Source: Moniliella sp. 'wahieum' (lineage: Eukaryota). From it: a stretch of DNA of 64,000 nucleotides. Shown here in pieces: positions 12,818 to 25,228 of the stretch (the first letter of the stretch is position 1; each line of letters opens with the position of its first letter). Both the position numbers and the translations under genes were made by a program. Where the stretch lies: the NCBI GenBank assembly GCA_003971905.1, contig RSEE01000019.1:434001-498000 (forward strand), read 5' to 3'. The notes under the pieces were generated by a model. It made no database searches. It had not been told where the DNA came from and was given only the letters and a program-made list of their open reading frames with translations.

Positions 12818-13450
12818 CGTCTCGTGGCGGGAGAGCGAGAGCAGGAGGGGGAAGGGGGGAGGGGGCAGTGGTGGTGGCAGTGGTGGGGCATGGTGGTGGC
12901 AGTGGTTGCGCAGGTTGTGCTGGTTGTGGCTGTCGTCGGCCTGGGGCCGCGCGCCACACCAACCAACTGAGCGGGGGGATGAGGATTTCAAAACGGCAGT
13001 GTGTACCAGCAGCTCCAACCAACTAGTTATTCAAGAGCCAGCCGGAGAGGCGACGCGCCTCGTTCGCCAACCGAAGCAGACGGCAGCGCTGCGTTTGGCA
13101 CCCACGGCGTCTGTTTGCCCGCAGGCATTCTACATGTGCGCCATGGCGAGGGGCATGCGCAGCAGGTGGAGGGAGAGCCGCGGTGGCCGGCGGCGGCTGG
13201 GCAATTGGGTTGGGTTGGGCTGGGCTGGGTGGGGTGTAGGGCCATCGTGTGTCGGCTGCAGTGCCATCCAGTGCGCGCCTTACCTAATCCCCCGCGGCGA
13301 CGCAGGGCACGTCACGTGTCCTGGCCAGCAGCACAGCAAATCCGTCGGCCTGTCCGCTCCCTGCCGCGCCCACGCCCTTGCGTTTCTCACCACTGCCGCC
13401 GCATCTGCACCGCCTCCACCCGCGCCTCCACCCGCCCCACGCTGCCCCCT

Positions 13451-13545
13451 CCACCGTCTCCACCACCGCCACCACCGCCACCGCCGCCACCACCGCCACC
13501 GCCGCCACCGCCCACCGCCACCACCGCCACCGCCGCCACCGCCCC
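13451..13545 (+). repeat. Mixed (CCA/CCG)n trinucleotide tract
   Basis: ccaccaccgccaccaccgccaccgccgccacc... just upstream of the P4-ATPase ATG; it reads as poly-Pro, Thr/Ala or His/Arg depending on frame. Confidence 0.85.
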
Positions 13546-13587
13546 ACCCCCTCCACCAGCGATCCCTACGTATGCCCGTCGGATAGC

Positions 13588-16500
13588 ATGGGAATGGCGC
13601 ACCGACCGCAGGTGGCTCGCATCGTCACCGATGCCCCTCCCCCGACCCCCCCCACACCCAGCGTTGTTGTTCGGTCGCCTTCGGCAGAGGGGGCACAGGA
13701 GCAGCCAGCACCGCCCTTGCCCGCCTCGCCCTCGCCTCTTGCGGCTTCCTCGCCGATCGAAAACCCCACCAGCGCGCCTGTTCGCTCCCACCCTATCCCT
13801 TCCTTGCCAATCCGCGCGGACACCTTCCCCCCGCCCCATCTCCCCCCTGCCCCAACCTCCACTTCCAGCCCGCCGGCCAATCCCATTGGCCCGCTCGCCG
13901 ACTCGTCGCCATCCTCGAACAGCCATTCTCGACTCGCCTACTCGCCTCGCGTGTATGCCGGGAGCCCACTAAGTCCCTCGCGTCCCATCTTCCCACCTGC
14001 GGCTCGGCCGCTCCGCGTGCCTCCCAACCAGGGCGCGTGACGAGCCTGCTCTTACCCGCCAGCCTCTCCTCTGCCGCCACGGCCATCGCGGGAACACTCA
14101 CAAATGCCGCCAGCACCACGGCAGTCAACACTACCCTTCGCAACTCCTACACCACCGGGCGGGCCCAGTCTGTCCTTCACCGCTCCACACCGTCCATTGA
14201 CGACAAACTGTACGAAGGGAAGGACCCACCAGACCTTGCCTCCCCGTCCGCCTCGGCACTCTACCGTCGTCGCAGTCATATGCGTCACAAAAGCAATCCT
14301 TTCGACCACTCCAAGACGCTTGAAGAAACCGAGGAGGCAGTTGAGATGGGCACCTATCCTCCTCCTCCTCGGCCTCTGACTTTGGCGGCTCGGATTATGG
14401 TGATCTGGACGATGGCGCTCCCACCTGGGAAGGGGAGGGGAGGCGCTTCCAACGCACCCTTGGGCTCATGTATCAACGCCGGGTCCATGTGGGTGATATG
14501 CCTGGTACGCCAAGCCACTTGTTTGCCCCCCTGCCCTCCACGCCGTCGGCAGCCGGCCTCACCTCTCTGCGAAACGTCAACCAGTCGCGCTCAGCTCGGC
14601 CATTGACTGGCTGGGCTTGGCTTGTCCCCCCGCAGTGGCGGCGTCACATTCTCGGGCCCCGGTTTGGTGGCGCTGGTGGGGCGAATGAGAGCGACCCAGA
14701 AAACCCCTACAGCGACACCCCACTTCGGGGTTGGACAGCTTTCCTCTCGTCGTTGGGATACCGCCATTGGGGACGCAACGTACATGGGACAACCTATGTT
14801 CGCAGCCTTGAAGAGTTGGCAACCCGCAAAGAAGTACATAAACACACAGTCAAGCGACGGCGCCTCGGACCACCCCAGAGCGCTCTCGAGTCTCAGTGGG
14901 GTCCCGAGTCGCCTTCGTTAGGACTTAGTACGCGGAAGCGTCCCCAGTGGAAACGGACGCGCCATTGGACTTCTTCAATTCGGAGAGTGTGGACATCTGC
15001 CCACTCTTTTCGCTCACCTTTTGCCCGTTCACGGCTTGCTTGGCGACGCTTCCTGCACCGCGTGGCCTACCCCGTCCCCGCTTCACCCCCTCCTCCAAGG
15101 ATACAGGATTCCATCGCATTTGGCCCCATGGCTTCGCATGAACCTCCCCTTTCTTCATCTCTAGATCCCCCACGCCGCACATGGTCCCGAGACTTCTGTC
15201 TTCTCCTCTGCACCTTTCTTGGTACGTGCACTCCTATCATGCTACGCCCCTCAATTACTAACATTGGTATTAGATGAAGTCATTTCCGTCCCCAGCCTCT
15301 TCTTCCTGTTTATCATTATCATGCAGCAGATTCCCAGCGTCTCTCCCTTTGACCGCTGGGTGATGCTTTTCCCATGGGGCCTCCAGTTGGTCGCCATGAG
15401 CTTATTCCGTTGGACTGATTTCCCTCAGCCGCGTAAGGCATCCTCCGACCCTGATTCCCCGCCTGTTCACGTCTATGACCACACCTCGAGCACGTTTCTT
15501 CCTCGGTCTAATGATGAAGTTCGCGTGGGCTCGTTGATCTGCGTCAAAAACGGGGAACGTGTCCCCTGCGATATGGTCTGTCTCGCCACGTCTGAGCAGC
15601 AAGGGTGGTGCATGGTGGACCACAGTTCGCTCAACGGTGCGGAACACCTAGATATCAAGATGTCACCAGAATCTTCAAGGGGGTACAACACGCCCTTGTT
15701 GCTTCAGTCGTTGGCGGGCAAAGTCGAGCTTGACTATCCTCCTGGGTCAGAGACACTTGCGCAAGCGCGGGGAGGTACGTTGACTTTGTCCAGCCCAATG
15801 ACGGCGACGAGGCGCTCGAAGCGTCTCATCTCCTGTCTCGAGGAGCTCAGATCAAATTTACAAGCTATGTATATGGGCTGGTGACCCATCCCCCTCCCGC
15901 TCCTCCGCCGGGCGCCGAGCCCAGCTTAACTGAAGTGGAGCGGCAAGTGGACAGGATCACCAAGGTGATCATATGTGCTTTGGTTGTCGTTTCTTTTTTT
16001 GTGCTGTGGGCGGACTGGTACAGGACCTTGACAACTGGCAAGCGCGCCAGTACCTGCTGTCTAGCTCACACTCGGACACGGCCCAAGCAGCCCGCACCTT
16101 CTTCAAGACCTGGCTCGCCTTCCTTGTTGCGATGGCCAATGTGTGTCCCCTCTGGCTCCCCTTTCTCCTCCGCCTCGTCAAGCTCAGTCTTAGTATCATG
16201 GTCTCGGCGGATTTGGACTTGTATGACCCCGAAACCGACACGCCGGCCCAGTGCCGCCGGTCCCACCTCCTAGACGAGATGGGGCAGATCGATTATCTGT
16301 TTCTCGACAAGACGGGTACCCTCACACGAGGCGACATGGACCTGGTGCATGTCTCGGTGGCCGGGGCATCGTACGCAAAGGTGTGGGACGAGACCAAGTC
16401 CGCATCCATTGCTGCCGTCCCCCTCGGGGATGACGGAAAGCCCAACATGGCCACGCCCTTTCTCTCATGGTCCAACCTGGCCGACCGGCTCAACTCGCTC

Positions 16501-18850
16501 GACCGCGCCCGGTTGGCATTAGGGTACGATTCCTCAGCTCCTGTTATGCCCACTGGGATGTGGGGGCCTGGTTCGTCTCTCTTTCCCTCAGTCGATGCAC
16601 CGTGGGGTGCCGATCGAGTGATGCACGAGATGTTTGTTGCCCTTTCCGTCTGCCACACCGTCATCCCGTTCTGGACGGGCGATAAGATCACCTACCAAGG
16701 CACCTCCCCCGATGAGTTGGTGCAGTCTATGGCGCGGCCAGCTTGGCTACCGCCTCATTGCGCGCCAGCCCGGTGAAGTGTTTGTCAACTTTTGCAAGCA
16801 AGAGACGGACCGGTTCGAAGTGCTCTACCTCTGTCCCTTTCGTTCGTCCCGACGGTGTATGTCCCTTTTACTTCGTTGTCCGGACGGAAAAGTGCGGCTG
16901 TACGTCAAGGGGGCCGATCAGGTCATCTTCCCGCGCCTTTTGGATTTGTCTCCTTTGGTCCAGCTCTCGGGCGCGGATCTGCCAAGCACACTGCGCCACC
17001 TCAATGCCTATGCGGTAGATGGCCTACGAACCATGGTGTACGCCGCCCGGGATGTGCCCGAAGCAGAGTATGTCCAATGGGAACGCACGCTCCGTGGCAG
17101 TCTCTCCGATCGCGCCTCGCCCGCCGAATTCGAAATGGCGCTGGCCAAGATGATGGACATGCTGGCTGGCCAGTCGCTCACCCTCTTGGGCGCTACAGGG
17201 ATGGAGGATACTCTGTCCGAGGGCGTGGTCGACACGGTGCAAGCCTTCCACCGCGCCGGGCTCAAGCTCTTTGTCGTGTCGGGCGACCAGAGAGATACAG
17301 TGCTTTCCACCGCTGTGAATAGCAAGGTGTTGGATCCCCATCTTAACCTTGTTGCCATTGACCAACCCGATGTGGGGTCGGCGTCGGAGCATGCTCACGA
17401 AGTACTGCGTGCTTATTCCGAGTCAAAGCGGAAAGAGACTGGAGACAAGGGCACCTTTGCTCTCCTACTGCAAGGCGCAGTGATCGATGCGCTGGACTCG
17501 GACCAATCCCCCGCCAAGGAGCAACCCGAACTGCTGGATGCCCTGCTGGAACTCATCTTGCTCAGTCAGGTCGTCATCATCCCTCGCGCTACGGCCCAAA
17601 ACAAACTCGCGTTTACCCTCTGGGTGCGAAAGAGTTGACGGCCCGCATCTTGGCCGTTGGAGACGGGGACAACGATGAGGGCATGCTCCGTGCAGCCCAT
17701 GTAGGAGTTGGGATGGCGGCTCTGGTCCATGGTTCCACTGCGGATGTGACCCTCGCCGAGTTTCGTATGCTGCGCAAGCTCTTGCTGGTCCATGGATCCT
17801 GGTCCTACACGCGGGTCAGCAAGATGGTGCTGTATGTGCTCTACACCAATGTGGCCTTGTACGGCTGTGTATTTTGGTATGCCATCCAATCGGGCTGGTC
17901 GGGCGCCACGCCGATTGAGGGGTGGGAGATGACCTTTTTCTTCTCCACCTTCTTTGTCTTGCCCCCTGCTCTGGGATTGGGGTTGTTTGACACGCCGCTC
18001 AACGCTCGGATGCTGGAGCGCTTTCCTCAGCTCTATGGTTCGCCCCTCTTGAGCCTGCAGCGCGGGTACGACTTTCTCCTCAATGGTCTCGTGCATTCAG
18101 CAGTCACGTACCTCTTGGTCAGCTGGGGGTTATGGGACACGCAATTGACCGGCGGCTACACAGCGGCCGAAGGTGTCTTTGGCCAGACACTCTTCTTTTC
18201 CGTCCTCGCCACTATCCTGATCAAGGCGGTTGCGATGAGCAACACGATCAATGTCTACACGTTTGCCGCCTGGGTGGGAACCTACTTTGCGGCGTTGGTG
18301 TATGGTCTGCTGTGGACGATCATTGCGCCTGCCATCCCGCGCATTCATCTCGCCTGGTCCCTCCGCCACCTCGTACCGCGCTTGTATCCGTTCAGTCTGT
18401 TTTGGTTCGCCACCCTGCTCACGCCCGTGGTGTCGTGCTTCCGCGACGTGCTCTGGCGCTTTTGGCAGCGCACCTACCGTCCCGAAGTGATACATTTGGT
18501 GCAGGAAGTGCAACACCTCAACGTGCACGACTACAAGGCACGCTTGACCAAGTACCAAAAGAACCGGAACCAAGTCGCGCCCCGACTGCCACGCCGCAAG
18601 TGGGGCGGGGGCGGGTTTGCCTTTGCTCAGATGGATCCGCCGCTCTGGGCCTGGCCTGCTTCCACCTCGCCTACCTCCTCCTCCTCCGCCCTGCCCTGCC
18701 CTGCCCCGCCTCCCGACCCACGAGCTCGAGCTCGAGCACGAGCACGAGCACCCGCCAGCTTACCGCGGCTGGACCCTCGTGGACTTTGCCCGCGCGTTTG
18801 ACTCGAGCTTGGCGCGCTCGCCCGCCGCTGCCGCAGATACCCCCCCGTAA
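13588..18850 (+). CDS. P4-type ATPase (phospholipid flippase), divergent Drs2/ATP8A-like; frameshifted
   Basis: EVRVGSLICVKNGERVPCDMVCLATSE; DEMGQIDYLFLDKTGTLT (phosphorylated Asp at 16306); YQGTSPDEL; FRSSRRCMS...LYVKGAD; GLRTM; LLGATGMED; SGD; LAVGDGDNDEGM; C-terminal TM bundle; Drs2-type tail RTYRPEVIHLVQEVQ...GFAFAQ...ARAFDSS. Confidence 0.9.
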
Positions 18851-21800
18851 ACGCGTAAACAACCAACTTGAAGTGCATCCTGTATATCATCCATCGGTCT
18901 CCATGGCCCTGGCGCCTAGCGTCGTATGGTTGGGCGTGTGGTATGTGAAGACCCCCGGGAATCCCGGAGTGGGGTCCAGGAGGGGGTGCAAGGATCGGAT
19001 CGGTTCCGCAGTACACTTGCGCGTGCTCTCGGGTCCCTGGATAAAGACCTAAGATCTGAGCCTAAAACCTAAAGCCAAAGCGGGGTGGCCGCTACCCCCG
19101 GGCACATGGCGAACTCTGCGGTCAACGTGCTGTTTCCACGGAACCTCTTCCAGCTTAGGCTCAGATATCAGACCCAGGCTTCAGGAGCTTCAGGGCCTCA
19201 GGCTGAGGCCTGAGCCTCGGGCGTCAAGTTGACGCGGCGTTACAATGGGGCCGGGGGCTCAGGCTGCGGCCCTGAGGCCCTGAGGCCTAATCAGTACGAA
19301 GTGAGGGCCAGACTGAGCGCGGGTAGCGCGGGAAACTGGAAGCTTGACACGTGAAGATAGGAGATTGAATTTAATTATGCACGATGGAGCAGGGAGCTCT
19401 GAGACTCTCGCTATTGCCTGTTGTTGCTATTATTACCGCCGCAGGCTCAACGTTCCTTGATGTGTCCAGCTAGCTAGAAGCTTCAATTGGGCTCAGGCTG
19501 AGTGCGGAGCATGTGAGGCCTTGGCGCCCTCAGGTTCAAAGCATCCAGTACACAGTAACTAGAGTGGCTGCCGATAGCTGGTAAAGCAACCCAGATCAGA
19601 TCTCAGTCTGGGATCGGAGTCGATTGCATAAGGGGGGGGACACGAGAGGGAGCGTCATGCGGGCAAGCATGTGCCCCTGCTGGCCGCGAACGCAAAGCTT
19701 AAGGCCTAAGGCCTAAACCTAAAGCCTAAGGCCTACCCGACCACCAGCGGCGAACCAGGTACGATAGTGATAACTACGACGGATAATCGAGATAATCGAT
19801 AATCGAAGACCCACAACAACCACAATATTGTACCGGAAGCTAATACTTTTCTTCGATCCCAAAAAGCATAATCCAACCCGACACGATTGGGCAGAAAATA
19901 GGGGGAGGCGGGACCGAGACTACCGGTGGGCTGCTGGCTCTCGTCTGGCGCTCGTCTCGGCCGTGCGCAGGCGAACAAGAAACGGCGAAAAGAGCGGCGC
20001 ACGAGAAGGGTGCAGGATAGTGCGTGTGGGGGTTGGCACGTTGGCGGTTGGCGCCAACGAAGAGGAGACATGTGGTACGTACCGCCCTCGCTACGTACCG
20101 CCCATCGGAATTTCCGTTTTGGCGAACGATCCACACCCGAGGGGGACCTGGCCCACCCACCTACCCGACCCACCCGACCTACCGACGGTGCCGGCGACTA
20201 GTGGCCGACGAACAGGTGCGTGACGACGTTAGACGTTTAACCTTAATTTTAAAAACCGACAACGCTTGTATGTGAATGTCACATGTCATGTGAATATGAT
20301 ATGGAACAGTGGGCCCGCGGGGTCCCGCTTCCTGACACCTGATGCATGATGCAGGATGCATGACGGCGGTCGCGCGCGGCCCCTTGCCCACCAGTGCACC
20401 AGCCAGCATACAATCGATCACGTTCATCAAATTCAAAGACCATCGAGACCATTCAAGCAGCAAGGCCAGAGTGCGGCCTAGTGCCACATACATGATGGTC
20501 AGGGAAGCGCGAAGCGTGACGCCCGTGACGCGTGACCCGAGAATAGTCACTACTTTCATCCCACATGTCATGTGACATGTGGCAATACGTCGTCTGGGAT
20601 ACGGACGCGCTCTGGTGAGCTTCGCGGGTCCCAGCCACAGTGTCGGTGACATGGTGACACACTCAATTGTTCTGGGCAGCTGGCTCGGACCTGGTCGGGC
20701 CCCAGTAGGCCCCGGGCTGCCCCCGCTGCCCCGCGGATGCACTCAGTACTCAGACTGAGTACTGACTGATGTACTGATGGTTCAGACTCTCCCAGGCTCC
20801 AAAGTTGGATGGAGAAACAGGGAGAAAAAGAGAAGCGCGCGGGCAACGAGAATGAGTAATTGATTGATGAGATCGATGATCCTGCTTGTGGATGCTGAAA
20901 TGGTTCAGCGCTTCAGCGGTTCACCGGTCACCCACCGGTCACGGTTCAACGTTCACCGTTCATGCAGTTCAAACGTTCATGCATCCTGATTAGCGGGCTA
21001 CTACATACAATACTGTTGGGACGTGCCAACGTTTGGGTCTCTGGGATCTGGGGCGAAGGGTTTGGCGGGGAGAGGGAGATTATCAATTCCTGGTGACCTT
21101 CACCGGTGAAGCAGCTGGTAAAGCTGTTGAACGTTGAAACTTGAAGCTCGTGAGAGTCACATCGATGCGCTGAGTGCATCAAGTAGGAGTACCGATGAAC
21201 GAAGAAGCTTGCTTGTGAATATGAGATCGATGAGAGGACTTGAAGCGCTGAAGGTTGACTTCAACTTGAAGGTTGTAAACACAGGAGTTCGAAGCTTGGA
21301 ATTGAATGTTGAAGGGTACGCTTGAAACTTGAAGCTTGAACGCTGGAAGAGTAGGAACATAGAAGCGCTGCAGGCCACGCACGAGCCCATGAATCAGCGG
21401 TTAATAAGCCGTCAGAAAAAAGGGGTGTAGGACGTGTAGGGCCTAGGCGTTGACATGCTGACACGTTGGCCGTTGCCCTTGAAGCCGAAGTCGTCGCAGC
21501 AGCCCCCAGCCCAGTGTGCACGAACAGGACCATGATACACATGATGCATGATGCATGATGCATGATGCATGACCTCCAGCCAATTGCGCACCACAGAGCT
21601 GGCTGATACCTACGATCTAAGATCTAGTCGTCGGCCTGATCGATGATCTATGGTCAAAGGTCTCAGATCGTCTGATTGATGCATGATGTATGATCCACGG
21701 TGCATGGTGCGACCGGTGACCGGTGACTGATTTGTACGTCGATTAGTGATCAATGAATGATTAACGATGCATGATGCATCGTGTGAGATGTGGGATGAAT

Positions 21801-23317
21801 GATCGATGATAGGACTACCGCCTATTAAGGACAAGTCGGTGGTCTATTGCAACCCCAAGCAATACCCGTCCGTACCTTCGTGAATGCCCAGCGCGCGCAG
21901 CGCTGTCCATGTCCCCCGTCCAACGTCCATGTCAACGCAAGTCAGTACCGTACACGTACCGGCGCAAAGGGGTCAGGAGGACGGGTGACACGGTGACGGA
22001 CGCACGCGTGTTGCTGGTTGTGCAACGCTGGGCACTGGGCTTGATCGACAGAATGCATGATGCATGGACTCGGAGGATGGAGTGGTCACTAGGTCACTAA
22101 AGTTACATGTCAAAGACAGCACCACTGACAGCCGTCTCTCTTTCGGGGCGCCTAGGTTTCACATGTTCTCCGAGCACGAGCCTGCACCAGCCTGGCAGGA
22201 AGAACCCCGGTGAGCATCCCTGTTCCCATTTGAAACGTGGTGCATATCGAAACGTGCAATTGCGACCGATGAGTCCGATGCCAGTAACTAGTAAATGGGT
22301 ATAAACGTTTTTTGAACGCGTGTACCGTACCATCGGCCATCTCATAAGCGCTATGCGCTGCGCGCTAATAATTAATAACTAGCTGTTCTTGTGTGTGAAA
22401 TGCTATACCAGGCTGTACCCCGTCAGTGCCTCGCTGGCCTCACCGATCGGCACGTTGCTTCGCCAGACGCGGATGGATGGCTATCCCATACAAGGCAAGC
22501 GCTATAGGACGCAAAGGCGCCGCACAAGAGACACACCCTACTGCAGCTCCGATATGGCGCGGGGGAAGGGTGCGCTGCGTGGTGGCCTGCGCGTCGCTGA
22601 TGCAAACTGGGGTGGCCCATGGATTACGAAGGCAGAATATGAAAAGAGGAGCAGGCCAGCCTAGCAGCTGCGCTGCGCCTGAATCCTGACGTCAGTACCA
22701 GTGAGGCCCGAGGGCAGGAGGGGCAGAAGAGGAAGCTCAGATCTCAGATCGCAGAAGAGGGGTTGGAGGGGGTGCGGCTGGCCAGGCACGGCAACCAGCG
22801 GGGGCGGCGTGGGTGGCAGGTGTTGTGGTGGGTTGTATTCGATGCTCTGCGCGGCCAGGCGAAAGGCAAGGGCAGGCGAGGGCAGCACAGTCAGACTGGC
22901 GTAGTGGACCCTGGCTGCGGTGAGCGCAGCTGGAAATCAAGCCACCTCCGCTGTGGAACCAACGCTGGGTACGTACATCAGCACAATATCCCATCGGTGG
23001 GCAGGGGCCGCAGAGCAGCAGAGTGCTGCGCTGTGCTGCGCTGCCCCACGCTGCGGCTCGAGGCCCAAGGCGGAGGCCTAAGGCCGAACAACCAGCAGCG
23101 CAGGGCTGCTATAGCAGTTGCTACAGCATAGCAGCTCGATAATCGCAACCCTGCGCTGCTGACGCGCTGGCGCTGTCCCTGCATGCTGCCGCTACGCAGC
23201 ACTCAGGCCGCCGTCCCCCCCTCCCCCCACGCGCCGCCTCGTCCTCCTCCCCCCCCAGCCTGCCCGCCGCCATCGCCCCCCCACCTCGCCTCCCCCCCCC
23301 ACCCACACGCCACCCCC

Positions 23318-25228
23318 ATGGCTTCTGTCCTCACCGACACGTCCCTTGCCGCTGTGGGCCCACCCCCGCTCGCTTCCGACTCGCCTGCCCCTCCCGTCAC
23401 CGTGACGGTGGCCAGGCCCCGCGACCTCCACACCGCCTCTGCCTCCCGCCGCCCACCCCCCCTGGGCCATGCCACCCCCGGCACCGACTTCTTCGCCCCT
23501 CCTCCAGGCCCAGGCGCCAACAAAAAGCCCACTGGCATCACCGCCTTCTCCCTCGGCATCGGCTTCTCCTGGGGGGTGAGAGGAGCCAGACCCGATCCAA
23601 TCGACCCAGCCCGATCCTGCACCTGCTCTGTCCTCCGTCCCCAGCAGTCGTGACGCTTCCACCAACCCGGCCATCATCGCCTCTCCTTTTCTGTCTCCTA
23701 CTGGCCCCCAGCCCACTGCCAACGGTAGGGCAGAAGAGGAGCCCGCTCTCGTTTCGCCTCGGCCAGCTCCCGCCCCAGAGCTCCACTCCAACACATTGGT
23801 TGGGGCTTCCCAAGCTGCCCCAGGAGAACCAGTTGGACAACCCCTGGTCTTCCGGTGAGCTGCCCTCTTCTGCCTCAACAGGTTCGCCATGGCCCGCCTA
23901 CTCGGCTTGGTACGGATCCCAACCCTCATCCGCCCTGCTGGCTTCATCCACTGTTCATCCCGAATCGCTCAGCATCTCTCCTTCCACCTCGTCTTCCCCG
24001 CCCACCCTATGGTACCCCACCATTGTCCAGTCCCCTGTACCAAGATATGCCGTCCGCCTCGGCTCATCCACTTCCTTCACCTTGCCTCTTCTGGTGAGCC
24101 CGCACTCCCAAGAAGCGGCTCACCCCATGGAACCATGGAACCAAAAGCGCTCTGGCGAGGAGCATGATGCCAGTGTCTCTGTCCCCATTCTCACCACCCC
24201 CGCCCCGGAATCAGCCCTTGGCAAAGAAAATGGCCATGAGAGTGCATCCGCCGAGGGCAAGCCGACGACGAACCGGACGAGTGCAACGATCTTTCTGTCC
24301 AGCAGCCAAGTCCCAAAGAGAACGACAAAGAGTCCGAACCCATTTCCCCACCACGGACGACCCTGCCAAGGATCCTAGCAAGTCTCCCGGTGATCGAGGT
24401 AGAAAAGCTCCCCGTCGTGACACCAAGGGCCTCCCACGCCAGTTTGCCTGCACCATCTGTGGCACGGCATTTGCCCGCAACCACGACCTGCGCCGCCATG
24501 CTCGTATCCATATGGCCAACAAGCCCTATGCTTGCACCACCTGCCGCAAGCAGTTTTCGCGCAAGGATGCGCTCAACCGTCATTGGCTGTCAAATCTGGC
24601 TGCCAATTCCGCCGACGTTCTTCGCAAGGCGCTCCCCTCCTCGCGCCTGGCGCGGGGGCAACCGAGGGAGTAACTGTTGCGCCCCACGCGCCGTACCCGA
24701 CAGCCGGCATCCCACCTCCCTCTCGAATGACCGAGTATCAGCCCTACACTGTCGGTCTCTCCAACCCATCCGACTCGACGCCCCTGCCGCGCCCGGGCGT
24801 ACCTGCCCCGCTCAACATGGGCTTTGACTACAACCCGATGGTGCCATCCATGTACAACCCCAGCTCGGCTCCGAGCGAGTACGGGCGGATGGGCATGTAC
24901 GCACCGAGCGCGGCCAAGCCGGTCCCGATGGTGTACCTACCCGCCTCCCACCCGTCCATGCCCTTGCTCTTTTCCGACACGTTGCCCGGCCCGCGCGCGC
25001 TCTGCCACCGTTCCCGGGCCCAGCCCGGACTTGTGGCTCGGGATGGGCCGCGCTCCCGCCGACAGTCTGGACCCGAGCCTGAGCGGGCCGATGGCCTCCC
25101 ACCCCCCCGGCTCGTCCTCCCAGGACCCTGGCGTTTCGGCCAACGTCCCCCTCGGCTTTATGCCGCTCTCGTCCCCCCACCAACGGCCGAACGCACAGGG
25201 GGGCGTGGGCAACCCCATGTGGCGCTAA
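23318..25228 (+). CDS. C2H2 zinc-finger transcription factor (2 fingers); frameshifted
   Basis: FACTICGTAFARNHDLRRHARIH-MANKPY-ACTTCRKQFSRKDALNRH at about 24440-24585, flanked by S/P-rich low-complexity ORFs. Confidence 0.85.

Noticed and set aside
13001..13972. Poly-proline (formin/WASP-like) ORF
   Set aside because: The poly-Pro comes from a CCA/CCG tract upstream of the likely ATG, and no FH2 or WH2 domain follows.
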